Position numbers and translations under genes: made by a program
Assembly (NCBI RefSeq): GCF_900317865.1
Contig: NZ_ONIK01000001.1
Origin: an uncultured Methanobrevibacter sp.
GTDB lineage: Archaea > Methanobacteriota > Methanobacteria > Methanobacteriales > Methanobacteriaceae
Direction: 5' to 3' (one strand)
DNA: 64,000 nucleotides
The notes under the pieces: model-generated
Databases searched by the model: none
Told to the model about the DNA's origin: nothing
The model's input: only the letters and a program-made list of their open reading frames with translations
Shown here: positions 50,701 to 57,492 of the stretch, one piece after another
Layout: every line of letters starts with the position of its first letter
How positions within the stretch are numbered: position 1 is the first letter of the stretch

Positions 50701-53224
50701 TGTATTTGCAAGTGTTGACGGGGACTATATTGTTGTCATCGGAGATACTTCAAAACTTGTCTCTGTTAAAAACGGTATTGGTGAATTTAATTTAGGCATA
50801 TTAAAAACCGGAAATTATAAGATTTCTGTGATTTTTAATGGAAATGAGAACTATAACAGTAATTTCAAAACAACATCATTTAAAGTAACAGAAACAGGTA
50901 CTAACTTCAATATAATTGCTAACAACACACACATCACTTACGGTGAAGACGTTAAAATAACACAAAAACTCCCAAGTGATGCAACAGGTACTATAACATA
51001 TATATTTGCCAATGGGACTGTTATTAATATTATCAAAGTTGGTGAATCATTTGTTTTATCCAACTTGGATGCAGGATCTTATGTAATTTATGGATATTAC
51101 TCTGGTGATTCCAATTACAAATCCGCCAGAGATAGTCTCACAATAACTGTCAATAAAGCTATAAATAACATAATAGTCTCTAGTGAAAATACTGTATATC
51201 CAGAAAAATCAACAATCAAAGTTAAAGCAGATATTGATGGAGAATATACCGTTATTATTTCAGGTAAAAAAATTATTGTCAATGTAATAAATGGTATCGG
51301 AACCAGCTCAATTTCTTTAGATGCAGGAAAATACATTGCAAATATTGAATACACAAACAAAAATTATGAAAACAACATCAAAAGCATAGCATTCAATGTA
51401 GCTAAAGCAGATGTTGTATTAAGCGTTGAAGTTTTAGATAAAGTATATACAGAAGATGTAGGCGGTAACGTATTTGCAAGTGTTGATGGTGAATATAACA
51501 TCATCATTAATGGCAATACAATTCTAGTAACTGTTAAAAATGGTATCGGCGAATTTAATTTAGGTATATTAAAAGCCGGAGATTATAGCATTTCTGTTAT
51601 TTATTACGGAAATAAAAACTACAATAGTAATTACAATACAACATCATTTAAAGTAACAGAAACAGGTACTAACTTCAATATAATTGCTAACAACACACAC
51701 ATCACTTACGGCGAAGACGTTAAAATAACACAAAAACTCCCAAGTGATGCAACAGGTACTATAACATATATATTTGCCAATGGAACTGTTATTAAAGTTA
51801 TTAAAGTTGGTGAATCATTTGTTTTATCCAACTTGGATGCAGGATCTTATGTAATTTATGGATATTACTCCGGTGATTCCAATTATAAATCCGCCAAAGA
51901 TAGTTTAACCATTGTTGTTAATCCTAAAGGCAAAGAAAATGCTACAATTAGCATTGATGCTCCTAAAGTAACGGAAGGTGAAAATGTTACAATTACTGTA
52001 AATTTACCTGCTGATGCAACAGGCAGTGTAATTGCCACTGTCAACGGCAAAACATATGTTGCTCCTGTAGAAAAGGGTACTGCCATAATTACAATACCAG
52101 AATTAGATGCGGGCAACTATGTAATACCTGTATACTACTCTGGTGACGACAAATACAATTCACAAAGCAAAAATGCAAATGTTACTGTTGAAGAAGATAA
52201 ATCAGACATTATCTCTGCTCCGGACGTAACAAAATACTTCCACGGACCAGAAAGATTTATCATAACTGTAACAGATTATAAAGGTAATCCTTTAGCAAAC
52301 AAAACAGTTAAACTCACTATAAACGGTGTTGAATACACTAGAACAACAAATGCGCATGGAATTACAAGTATTGCAATAAACTTACAAAGTAACCACTATG
52401 ATGCAATCGTAACAGTCGATAATAAAACTATTAAGTCAGTTATCATTGTTTTACCTACTGTAAAAGGAACTGATCTTGTTAAAGTATTCAGAAATGCTAC
52501 CCAATACTATGCAACATTCCTTGACAGTCAAGGAAATTACCTTAGAGAAGGAAGTGTTGTCAGATTCAACATTAATGGTGTAATGTATGAGCGTATTGTA
52601 TCCGGCGATAAAGGTCTTGCAAAATTAAACATCAATCTCGAGCAAGGTGAATATATAATCACTGCAATGAATCTTGAAACTGGTGAAATGGCATCAAATA
52701 AGATTACCGTTATTCCAAGAATCATAGAAAATAATGATTTAATCAAATATTATAGAAATGCTTCACAATACACTGTTAAATTAATTGGTGACGACGGTAA
52801 TCCTGTAGGTGCGGGTGAAGAAGTAACATTCAACATCAATGGAGTGTTCTACACACGCACAACTAACGAATTTGGTATTGCAAAATTAAACATCAACTTA
52901 GAACCAGGACAATACATAATTACAGCAGAATACAACGGATGTAAAGTTTCAAACTTAATTACAGTATTGCCAGTATTAACTGCCCAAGACCTTTCAATGA
53001 AATATCATGATGGAAGCAAATTCTTTGCAACACTTGTTGATGGCCAGGGAAAACCTTATGCGAATCAAAAAATACAATACAACATAAATGGTGTCTTTTA
53101 TAATCGTCCAACTGATAATAATGGTCAAAGCGCATTAAATATCAATTTAAAGCCTGGAGAATACATCATAACTTCAAGCTATGATGAATGCTATATTTCA
53201 AACAAAATAACTATTTCAAGTTGA
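41729..53224 (+). CDS. Giant adhesin-like protein (ALP3, 3831 aa): signal peptide, five beta-helix supermodules, a long Ig-like repeat region, 4 C-terminal conserved modules
   Basis: MKFKRIILISLILCVLSIACVSA. Recurrent SFTALQ..I....G.LNLT.(N/D)Y...ING(N/K)G and GGAI(Y/F) beta-helix motifs. Uninterrupted 11.5-kb ORF. Confidence 0.9.
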   Translation: MKFKRIILISLILCVLSIACVSASDNQTSADNLQINDINANVINDEINEYTNDTNDIKGNTSDERSVVFDEVLSSSNSDDKLSAPKEGTRDELNNLIIAAKPGSTVTLDKDYSFESDVKSVEITKNIVIDGKGHTIYPGYNPVFDFKHNTPSGKIEIKNITFVRGIGSAIHFNEESCPFIISNCRFINCSSQIGGAIAGAAKYTSNIINCSFKGCHGMGESKVVRKETFNSASSSAFSNGGAIYMSGSVNVKSCRFEGCSAGNGGAIEAYGNFQIIDCVFVKNKAGRIDSFNSLEHGGAIRIHGGSGALIKGCTFNENHAGHYGGAISSYGNNVRIEDNVFNSNYIDNSIRREGGAIFVGRDSKIGDTPIQITRCVFNNNGYNNNNHYCKYGGAIYFSDGIISGTVSYCNFTGNGASKEGGAIYASSDCKFITFKGCAFTKNQVEKYGGAIYLDSKSSTIVDCAFVEQPNAIYCDNKGCSVKFSAFLNNGNYNVWSTKEINIANNWFGNTMDNRFYDFSKLKGKAVNLNNAENLYLVATSMDKNYHNGQESTVNLNFRYMRDEPTSYNKLPPFNNPAISYTVSGVNAAVTSKNNYLANGKSSFKFVADASKSSSSLTVNCHGAKLTLKFKIKPNSFTALQAAIDSCQNGVLNLTHNYTRDKSIDGDMTVTISKDLVINGNGFTLDSKNSGGVFFMSSRPNVDINNLNIVNSKSKWGSAIWGYINNMSINNCRFINCSAKFEGGAINLVGKVLTITNSTFINNTADENGGSLIVTGINTVIRDCIFINSNSGMEGCFIYLHASSRLNLTDSILLTNSTSKYISKPEGESLRWNISANIENNWFSGTNDDILKNYDRINDFKVKSLLYLNVAPSLYDIPMGNTSKISLKFYSYDVNSRRSTALTSFRNMKFNVKLLKEGGRLSSNSIILNNNEGNVVYISSSNGIMPVEFNYELFSHRIYLNQYGDNSFTALQYLINNSGNVINLTKDYTFSNISDYKLFDGVYINKDLTINGKGHILSGSGQARIFNIGGHTVVLNNITFIKGKADDGGAIFASPTSSLSIDSCRFENNTAKNGGAIYLKYFKSIIMESSFFKNNSATATGGAIYYYGNYGNKELFDITGTFINNRAGVDGGAIYEHDIANYRLKGNFTNNTAGRNGGAVCSDSVFVIGTISIDGIFDSNAAAFGGAVYSFNPFGNFTGIYQNNRASQDGGAIYMVRSSVRYGMPNTISGEFYSNTAKGQGSAVCAMNLSDKDVDLHDSIFMKNSGKSTLYSSGYAYLNVHDSIFVENHDDKVLDTSKDYAVDGRLKAYNNWFGHTVDNFDKKPSVGERVILNDWLYVDVDYGKTETDLKSKNNIIFTLKSYDAKKEKVSDYTGNFKLNLSLKSDSGNFSTNSFILDNAPVKVTYVPNKYDENTVVVWANLSKYSHKTYEIKYNVVEHPSDSFYALQYEIDHMKGNVLNLTNNYEFYPESDTPNGVKVNKSITINGNGFAIDGKGSSNIFNISADNVVLENISLINGNDINGSAIYAEGNNIIIRNSILLNNTDVVIYATKSLTANYNWWGNTADTFNKKANVSSNVILDNALFATFNAKSTVIGAGNNTTVVLNLTNLYNFSTKTNSTYDGLNLFTFDFNAEDGKVNKTSDKLNKGIINVSFEVIGPLYADIYAKYKNVVLNYTFEVVYDDDSFTALYALINKTAPNGILNLEHDYKFYYYDADYIEGIPIDKAITINGNGFNVNGTGESCVFVVSADNVFLRNINIYDSLDAIEWLGNNGLINNITVNNSNSSLNAFGSNLVIRNSNFTHASRYSLYLEGSNNVVDNCRFVDNSGPSIIGLSMNNLTIENSTFKNINSPISGIVEIIDCKDANISSCIFNNQNNQSIMILEGSTVYLNNNTLSKSDYIYNYGTILSKTYARMNKLNSSYMVDTEILLNATIYDDNNNIILVDEFYFKIGEKPAKAKLNNTAYEYKWTSTNGTWIVMPDINKTSFKNCEVDSATVNVLKYNSSVIITGIRDIIYGEDANIEFEFKNSTAVLVTVLLNSDVVFNETTNKTNIIIHDLKTGLYTVIISTLETGRYQSSNATSDLRVNRAGSSLTLEAIVDTYYGKDLIINFTVENRTVVTATIYDINTGKYVFNDIVEGNLLVLNNLTVGSYSITLNNLINPNYNPSGDYSTFNVLKVNSTINMDDETEYVYDNVTIKYNVDNLTDILVAVIDLESGDIYNFTTTNSSINLDLDAGSYQITLVNMETENVFSSEDSKTITVLPANTSVKIDDIDNVHYGEDVEIIFDVINATNVTVIVKNEKNVIIYQNNTNESYIYLSDLNVGKYSVEVYNSATNNFKPSNDTKTFNVLKAGSFIEIEYDNLTTYGIPFKLDYDVENETLLNIRIYDSKGNIVYDKNFDEISELPDDMSNLTEEAYLGYYFFIHRNLTVGKYTFELRNLDTSNVIGYLVNGSFEIIKTTSEIEVYVEDIVYGEDLEIHIGVINTTIVNIKIKDYKGSIVYNDNVTSSPIIIRNWIPGNYTVIVTNLDTENIIGNSSSQDFQVFKINSTIKLNDISDIYYEDNISISFDVENKTIVNIRIQNQDGEVVYDNNVTSDTIIVPNLDAGNYTVTVTNLETFNITKSSDSKSFRVLKRNINITVTVENNIYGEPTVINVYSDIDGTFPVIIGTQQVLVSVKNGYGKNTTKLDAGNYIAYVNYTNDNYNINMTNSSFIVSKADISLRIEVSDKVYTADVTGKVFASVDGEYSVVINGNTIPVTVKNGSGEFNLGILKTGNYTITVIYNGTDNYKANTNKTTFKVSKSETNFNIKTDANNITYGDSLKITQTLPGDATGTITYTYANGTIIKVIKVGESFVLSNLDAGSYVIYGYYSGDSNYKSARDSLTITVNKAMNNIIVSGENTVYPENSTIKVIADIDGEYTVIISANKIIVNVINGVGIGSISLDAGKYIANIKYTNKNYENNIKSIAFNVAKANITLSVEVLDKVYTEDVDGNVFASVDGDYIVVIGDTSKLVSVKNGIGEFNLGILKTGNYKISVIFNGNENYNSNFKTTSFKVTETGTNFNIIANNTHITYGEDVKITQKLPSDATGTITYIFANGTVINIIKVGESFVLSNLDAGSYVIYGYYSGDSNYKSARDSLTITVNKAINNIIVSSENTVYPEKSTIKVKADIDGEYTVIISGKKIIVNVINGIGTSSISLDAGKYIANIEYTNKNYENNIKSIAFNVAKADVVLSVEVLDKVYTEDVGGNVFASVDGEYNIIINGNTILVTVKNGIGEFNLGILKAGDYSISVIYYGNKNYNSNYNTTSFKVTETGTNFNIIANNTHITYGEDVKITQKLPSDATGTITYIFANGTVIKVIKVGESFVLSNLDAGSYVIYGYYSGDSNYKSAKDSLTIVVNPKGKENATISIDAPKVTEGENVTITVNLPADATGSVIATVNGKTYVAPVEKGTAIITIPELDAGNYVIPVYYSGDDKYNSQSKNANVTVEEDKSDIISAPDVTKYFHGPERFIITVTDYKGNPLANKTVKLTINGVEYTRTTNAHGITSIAINLQSNHYDAIVTVDNKTIKSVIIVLPTVKGTDLVKVFRNATQYYATFLDSQGNYLREGSVVRFNINGVMYERIVSGDKGLAKLNINLEQGEYIITAMNLETGEMASNKITVIPRIIENNDLIKYYRNASQYTVKLIGDDGNPVGAGEEVTFNINGVFYTRTTNEFGIAKLNINLEPGQYIITAEYNGCKVSNLITVLPVLTAQDLSMKYHDGSKFFATLVDGQGKPYANQKIQYNINGVFYNRPTDNNGQSALNINLKPGEYIITSSYDECYISNKITISS
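49868..51925 (+). repeat. Near-identical 768-bp (256-aa) tandem array, about 2.7 copies, inside ALP3
   Basis: Unit starts at 49868, 50636 and 51404. Long stretches are identical between units (for example ggtgaatcatttgttttatccaacttggatgcaggatcttatgtaatttatggatattac). The shadow ORFs at 50347, 51115 and 51883 are also spaced 768 bp. Confidence 0.9.
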
Positions 53225-53250
53225 GATTAATTATATCTCAACTCTTTTTT
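53221..53250 (+). terminator. Hairpin plus T-tract at the end of ALP3
   Basis: ttgagat-taattat-atctcaa, then ctctttttt. The stop codon lies within the stem. Confidence 0.5.
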
Positions 53251-53404
53251 CTATTTTAGAGCATTAACAGAAATTTTTGACTTTTAATAAAACTTCACTT
53301 TTAACCAAATAACTAACTTTTGGCATATCTTATTATTGTTAAATTTATAACTAAATTGTTAATTATTTGATGCTTCTTTTTTTGAATCTCTAAAACTAGA
53401 TGAT

Positions 53405-54508
53405 GAGTGTTGGCAGAAATTATTTAATTTTGAACATTTTTCATACCTCCATTTTTTATTGTACTAGTTTTATGTTAATGATATGAACTTTATTAAACTA
53501 ATAACTGAATATAAATCCATATTTTTTTCTTTAATGATATTAAATAATCTTATTAAATTATATGATGCCACAATGGAGAATATCAGGTTCTGGACTCTTT
53601 TTAATCCAGTTATGGGAATGTTATCATAATGATATATTCTTTTAAAAGTCCCATTATGTTCTTCTACAGTTTTTTAATTTCTTCTATTGTTAATTTTTAC
53701 ACCATATAATGCTTTATCAATAAGATAAGATTTTTTCCTTTAATTATATTGAACTGTGAATTATATGCTTTTTTTATTGTACCGTCAATTACAATATGTT
53801 CATAATCAGTTAAACCAATTCTATTTGCTACAATCAATATGGAAACTCATTATTAATTGGTAAATTGATTGGAAATACTTGCAATAATCTCAAATGGTCC
53901 AATCACTTGGTTCTAAGCCATGTGAAATAATATTGTACAACACATTGTATCTGGCATTATACGATAATGTCACAGTACTTGTTATTTTATTAATATATTC
54001 ATAAAAAATCAGTTTCATCATATCTTTGAGGTCAAATGGTGGTCTTTCAATATTTGACACTTTTCATTCTATTTTAAAGAAATCAAAAGTACCATCAAAA
54101 ATTGCTGATGCAAAATACATAAGCTGGAATTCATCCTCCATTTTGCCAATTTCCATACTAAAATCTCTTAAAATTTTACAATCTGAAATCATAGTAATCA
54201 AAACCCAATATATTTATCTAAACAAATGTAAAATTAATTACAATTGATTATATATATGTAATTACTAATATAATAGATTTTAATAACTTATAGTAATAAT
54301 AAATACTAATAAGTTAGAATTATAAAATATTAACAAATATGAACATAGTATACTTAAATTTACATTAATTTCGATTGCAAAACTAAAAAACAAGGGGAAA
54401 ATTTAACTTTAAAAAATAGGATTATCTGATTTGAACAAAATTTAAAAAAGTCGTAAAATTAATAAAAAAATGAACGGCATCTAAAAATTAAAAATTTCTC
54501 CAACACTC
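53405..54508 (-). mobile_element. Decayed IS1182-like insertion sequence with imperfect terminal inverted repeats
   Basis: Left end gagtgttggcagaaattatttaatttt. Reverse complement of the right end gagtgttggagaaatttttaattttt. The interior carries a broken transposase. Confidence 0.7.
53475..54192 (-). pseudogene. IS1182-like transposase pseudogene (multiple stops and frameshifts, internally deleted)
   Basis: Fragments ...ERPPFDLKDMMKLIFYEYINKI...HGLEPSDWTI*, ...LTDYEHIVIDGTIKKAY..., ...GLKRVQNLIFSIVASYNLIRLFNI. Confidence 0.65.
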
Positions 54509-54550
54509 TTAATGTAAAAAAAAGAAAAAAGTAGTTATAAAAAATAACTA

Positions 54551-57364
54551 CTAAAGTGTTGTTAAATCATTAAAGTTCAAAAAGTTTGTCATTCCCCATC
54601 TAAATGGAATAATTCCGTTTGCATTTGAATTTAATGCAGTTTGCGCATCATTGAATAGTTCATCATAGCTCAATAGAGTTTCATCATAATCTGAAACATA
54701 TCCTTGAAGGCCTGTCCAAACCGGAGCTCCATTAGACATTTCTACAAATTTTTGTGTTATTTCTCCAATCCAAGCAGTGTCTTTGTTGTAATTTCCTTTA
54801 TAAACCATTGGTATAATGGCATCCAAATATTTACTTAATGTTGGAACATCCTGTCCGTCAATGTATAACATTCTATCAGGTTCAGGCATTAGTGCAGCCG
54901 TCAATATAATATCTGGATTAATTTTTTTAACTTCTGTCATAGCTCTGTAAACAAAGTAGTTTAGGGATTCAGCTGCTGATGCAAATCGGTATGCAGTTCC
55001 ACCATATCTTAAGTAATCAAAATGTATACCTGCAACACCACTGATATTCGCATAAGATTTTGCTTCATCAACTATAGACTCTATTAAATCATATTTGAAT
55101 GTTCCATTTAAATATTCAAGAGCATTCCAGACCCCATCTTTATAAATTACCTGCATCCAGACATGAACTCTGATATTATATTCACATGCTTGTTTAACCC
55201 ATGCAGTAAAGTTTTCAAGGCCATAAAGAGTTATTGCATAGTAATTTATTAAAATGTCAGTTGTGCCTTTTGAGGCTAAGCTGGATAAGTTAATATCATT
55301 CATACTATATCCTCTTGCCCAGTATCCATATCCGTTACCAATTGGGGCATTGATTTTGAGTTCAGATTCAGCTTTAGATTCACCGTACAGTTCATCTCCA
55401 TGGAATCTGGTTAAAATTGTGTAATTTCCCATATCTAAATCTTTTATGATATTAAATTCCGCAATACCATCATTTTTTGTAAAGCTAGTGTATTGATATG
55501 ATCCCATTGTCAATGTAATTTCTTTAGCATTGATTGGAGCGCCACTTTCGCTAGACAACAGTACTTTATAATAGACTTTACTGCCTTTGTAAATGTTTTC
55601 TTTTGTAAGAGGAGTTATTTTTGTTGGCAAAACTTTGTAAATATTTAATGTTGAGGAATTTGTGCAATTATTTAGTCTGCTGTCTCCTTTAAATAGATAA
55701 GAGATATCATATTTGTTAGCAGGTAAATTAATGGTAATATTTGCAATACCTTCACTATTTGTTGTTTTTTTGTATTCTTTACCGTTAATTGTTAATATAA
55801 TTGTTTTGTTTGATAGTGTTATATAACCACAGCTTAATTTAACGAATAATTTTTCCTTTTCACCTTCAATCACTTCAAAAGTTAAAGGAGTTATTTTTGT
55901 GTTATTAACTCGTATAACTGATAAATGGGATAATTCTTTAGAATATTTGTAGCCACTTTCATTAAAGTAATATTTAATATCATAATCACCAGTATAGTCT
56001 GAAACATGAAAACTTGCAATTCCCTTTTCATCGGTTTTTTCAGATAATGTATCTGAGTCGATTTCGAAGTAAACAGTTTTATTAACTAATGGATTACCTT
56101 TTTCATCTTTTAAAGTAATGTTAAATAACTCATCTCTGAACAATGTTTTACTGTTTGAAGTTATTTCAGTTTTTATTCCATCAAAAATCTCTAAGCTGTT
56201 TTCAGTTGATGAAACACCATAATTTTCATCCCCTGAGAAAGCATATTTCAGTGTGTAATTTCCTTGGGCTAAATCTATGTTGAATTTTGCTTCACCATTT
56301 TCATCTGTCAATGTTTTGTATTCATTATTTCCAATATTTAAAGTAACATTTTTATTTGGAACGGCAAGATCAAATCTGTTTGTTAATGTAGCTTTAATTA
56401 TAACCTCTTCATTTTCCTTAAATACTTTATTTTCACTTGTTAATTTTGTATCTGAGAAATCATAAACCTGTATATTATTTGAATGAGCTTCATTGTTTAT
56501 TGGATTATAAGCTGTAATTATGTATTTTCCAGGATTTAGGTTAATATTTAATTTTGCATTTCCGTTGTCGTTTGTTTTACGAGTGTATGTAACGCCATTT
56601 ATGTTAAATGTGACATTTGTATTTTTTAAAAGCTCTCCATTTTCATAGAAAAATGTAGCCCAATATTGATTGTTATCTTTATAGATTTTTGATAAATCAG
56701 AAGCATTGATTGAAGACCGGACTCTTACATTATAAGATTTTAATAGTCCATCATTCGGATTTAATGCTGTTATAATATATTCACCCGGATTTAGGTTTAT
56801 ATTTAATTTTGCAATACCATTTTGATTGGTTGTACGATTATAAAAAACCCCATTAATATTGAAAGTAACATTTTCATTTGTTAATGGATTGCCCTTGCCA
56901 TCTAAAATTTTAGCTTCAAATTGTGAATTACTTTTGTAGTATTTCGTTAAGTTATTTGCTATTATTGTAGATAAAACATCTATATTTGCCGTTGTATTGG
57001 CATTTAAGTATTTGTCATTTCCTAAAAAAGTTATATTAGCTAAATATTTTCCAGGATTTAAATTTATTGCTAATGATGTTTTACCATCTGAATCAGTTGT
57101 TTTTGTATAATTTTTTCCATTAATATTTATTGTAACATTATTATTGGAAATTGGATTATTATCTCTGTCAGACAGCTCAACATTAAGTCGTGAATCATTT
57201 TTATAATACATTGTAATATCTTGTGTTTCAATGTTTATATTATCTGCATTTTTATTATTATCAGTTATTGTTACATTTTCAGCTGAAACATATGTCATGC
57301 TTAAAAATAGTGCAATAATTGACAATAGAATTATATATTTTATTGATTTTTTAATTTTAACCAC
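54551..57364 (-). CDS. Adhesin-like protein (ALP4): signal peptide, about 8 Ig-like modules, C-terminal glycoside-hydrolase-like TIM barrel (GHL10/DUF4015-like)
   Basis: GTG start. KKSIKYIILLSIIALFLSMTYVSA. C-terminus: GYWARGY...IRVHVWMQV...GVAGIHFDYLRYGG...LTAALMPE...IPMVYKGNY. Confidence 0.85.
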   Translation of the reverse strand: MVKIKKSIKYIILLSIIALFLSMTYVSAENVTITDNNKNADNINIETQDITMYYKNDSRLNVELSDRDNNPISNNNVTININGKNYTKTTDSDGKTSLAINLNPGKYLANITFLGNDKYLNANTTANIDVLSTIIANNLTKYYKSNSQFEAKILDGKGNPLTNENVTFNINGVFYNRTTNQNGIAKLNINLNPGEYIITALNPNDGLLKSYNVRVRSSINASDLSKIYKDNNQYWATFFYENGELLKNTNVTFNINGVTYTRKTNDNGNAKLNINLNPGKYIITAYNPINNEAHSNNIQVYDFSDTKLTSENKVFKENEEVIIKATLTNRFDLAVPNKNVTLNIGNNEYKTLTDENGEAKFNIDLAQGNYTLKYAFSGDENYGVSSTENSLEIFDGIKTEITSNSKTLFRDELFNITLKDEKGNPLVNKTVYFEIDSDTLSEKTDEKGIASFHVSDYTGDYDIKYYFNESGYKYSKELSHLSVIRVNNTKITPLTFEVIEGEKEKLFVKLSCGYITLSNKTIILTINGKEYKKTTNSEGIANITINLPANKYDISYLFKGDSRLNNCTNSSTLNIYKVLPTKITPLTKENIYKGSKVYYKVLLSSESGAPINAKEITLTMGSYQYTSFTKNDGIAEFNIIKDLDMGNYTILTRFHGDELYGESKAESELKINAPIGNGYGYWARGYSMNDINLSSLASKGTTDILINYYAITLYGLENFTAWVKQACEYNIRVHVWMQVIYKDGVWNALEYLNGTFKYDLIESIVDEAKSYANISGVAGIHFDYLRYGGTAYRFASAAESLNYFVYRAMTEVKKINPDIILTAALMPEPDRMLYIDGQDVPTLSKYLDAIIPMVYKGNYNKDTAWIGEITQKFVEMSNGAPVWTGLQGYVSDYDETLLSYDELFNDAQTALNSNANGIIPFRWGMTNFLNFNDLTTL

Positions 57365-57456
57365 CAGGGAACTTTTATTGTTTAAATCTATAAAAATTAT
57401 TATTTAATATTTATTATTATGGTTACTTTTTTGGTCTCTAAACTAGATAATTAATT

Positions 57457-57489
57457 AAAAAAATAAGTGGTTAGGGTTAAAATAACCCT
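57457..57489 (-). terminator. Hairpin plus T-tract downstream of gatA
   Basis: On the minus strand, agggtt-atttt-aaccct followed by ...ttattttttt. Confidence 0.45.
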
Positions 57490-57492
57490 TAT

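Noticed and set aside
49868-51925. CRISPR-like regular repeats.
   Set aside because: The period is 768 bp, the units are coding and in frame, there is no short repeat-spacer organisation, and there are no cas genes.
42038-52746. About 25 short ORFs on both strands inside the giant ALP gene.
   Set aside because: All are nested in an 11.5-kb uninterrupted ORF with consistent domain structure. Several simply repeat with the 768-bp period of the host repeat.
53386-53404. Similarity of tctctaaaactagatgat (53386-) to tctctaaactagataat (57438-), which might mark a larger mobile unit carrying the IS and ALP4.
   Set aside because: It is about 16 bp, AT-rich and imperfect, with no further flanking similarity. 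That is insufficient evidence.
54026-54247. 73-aa plus-strand ORF.
   Set aside because: It is antisense to the N-terminal part of the transposase pseudogene inside the decayed IS.
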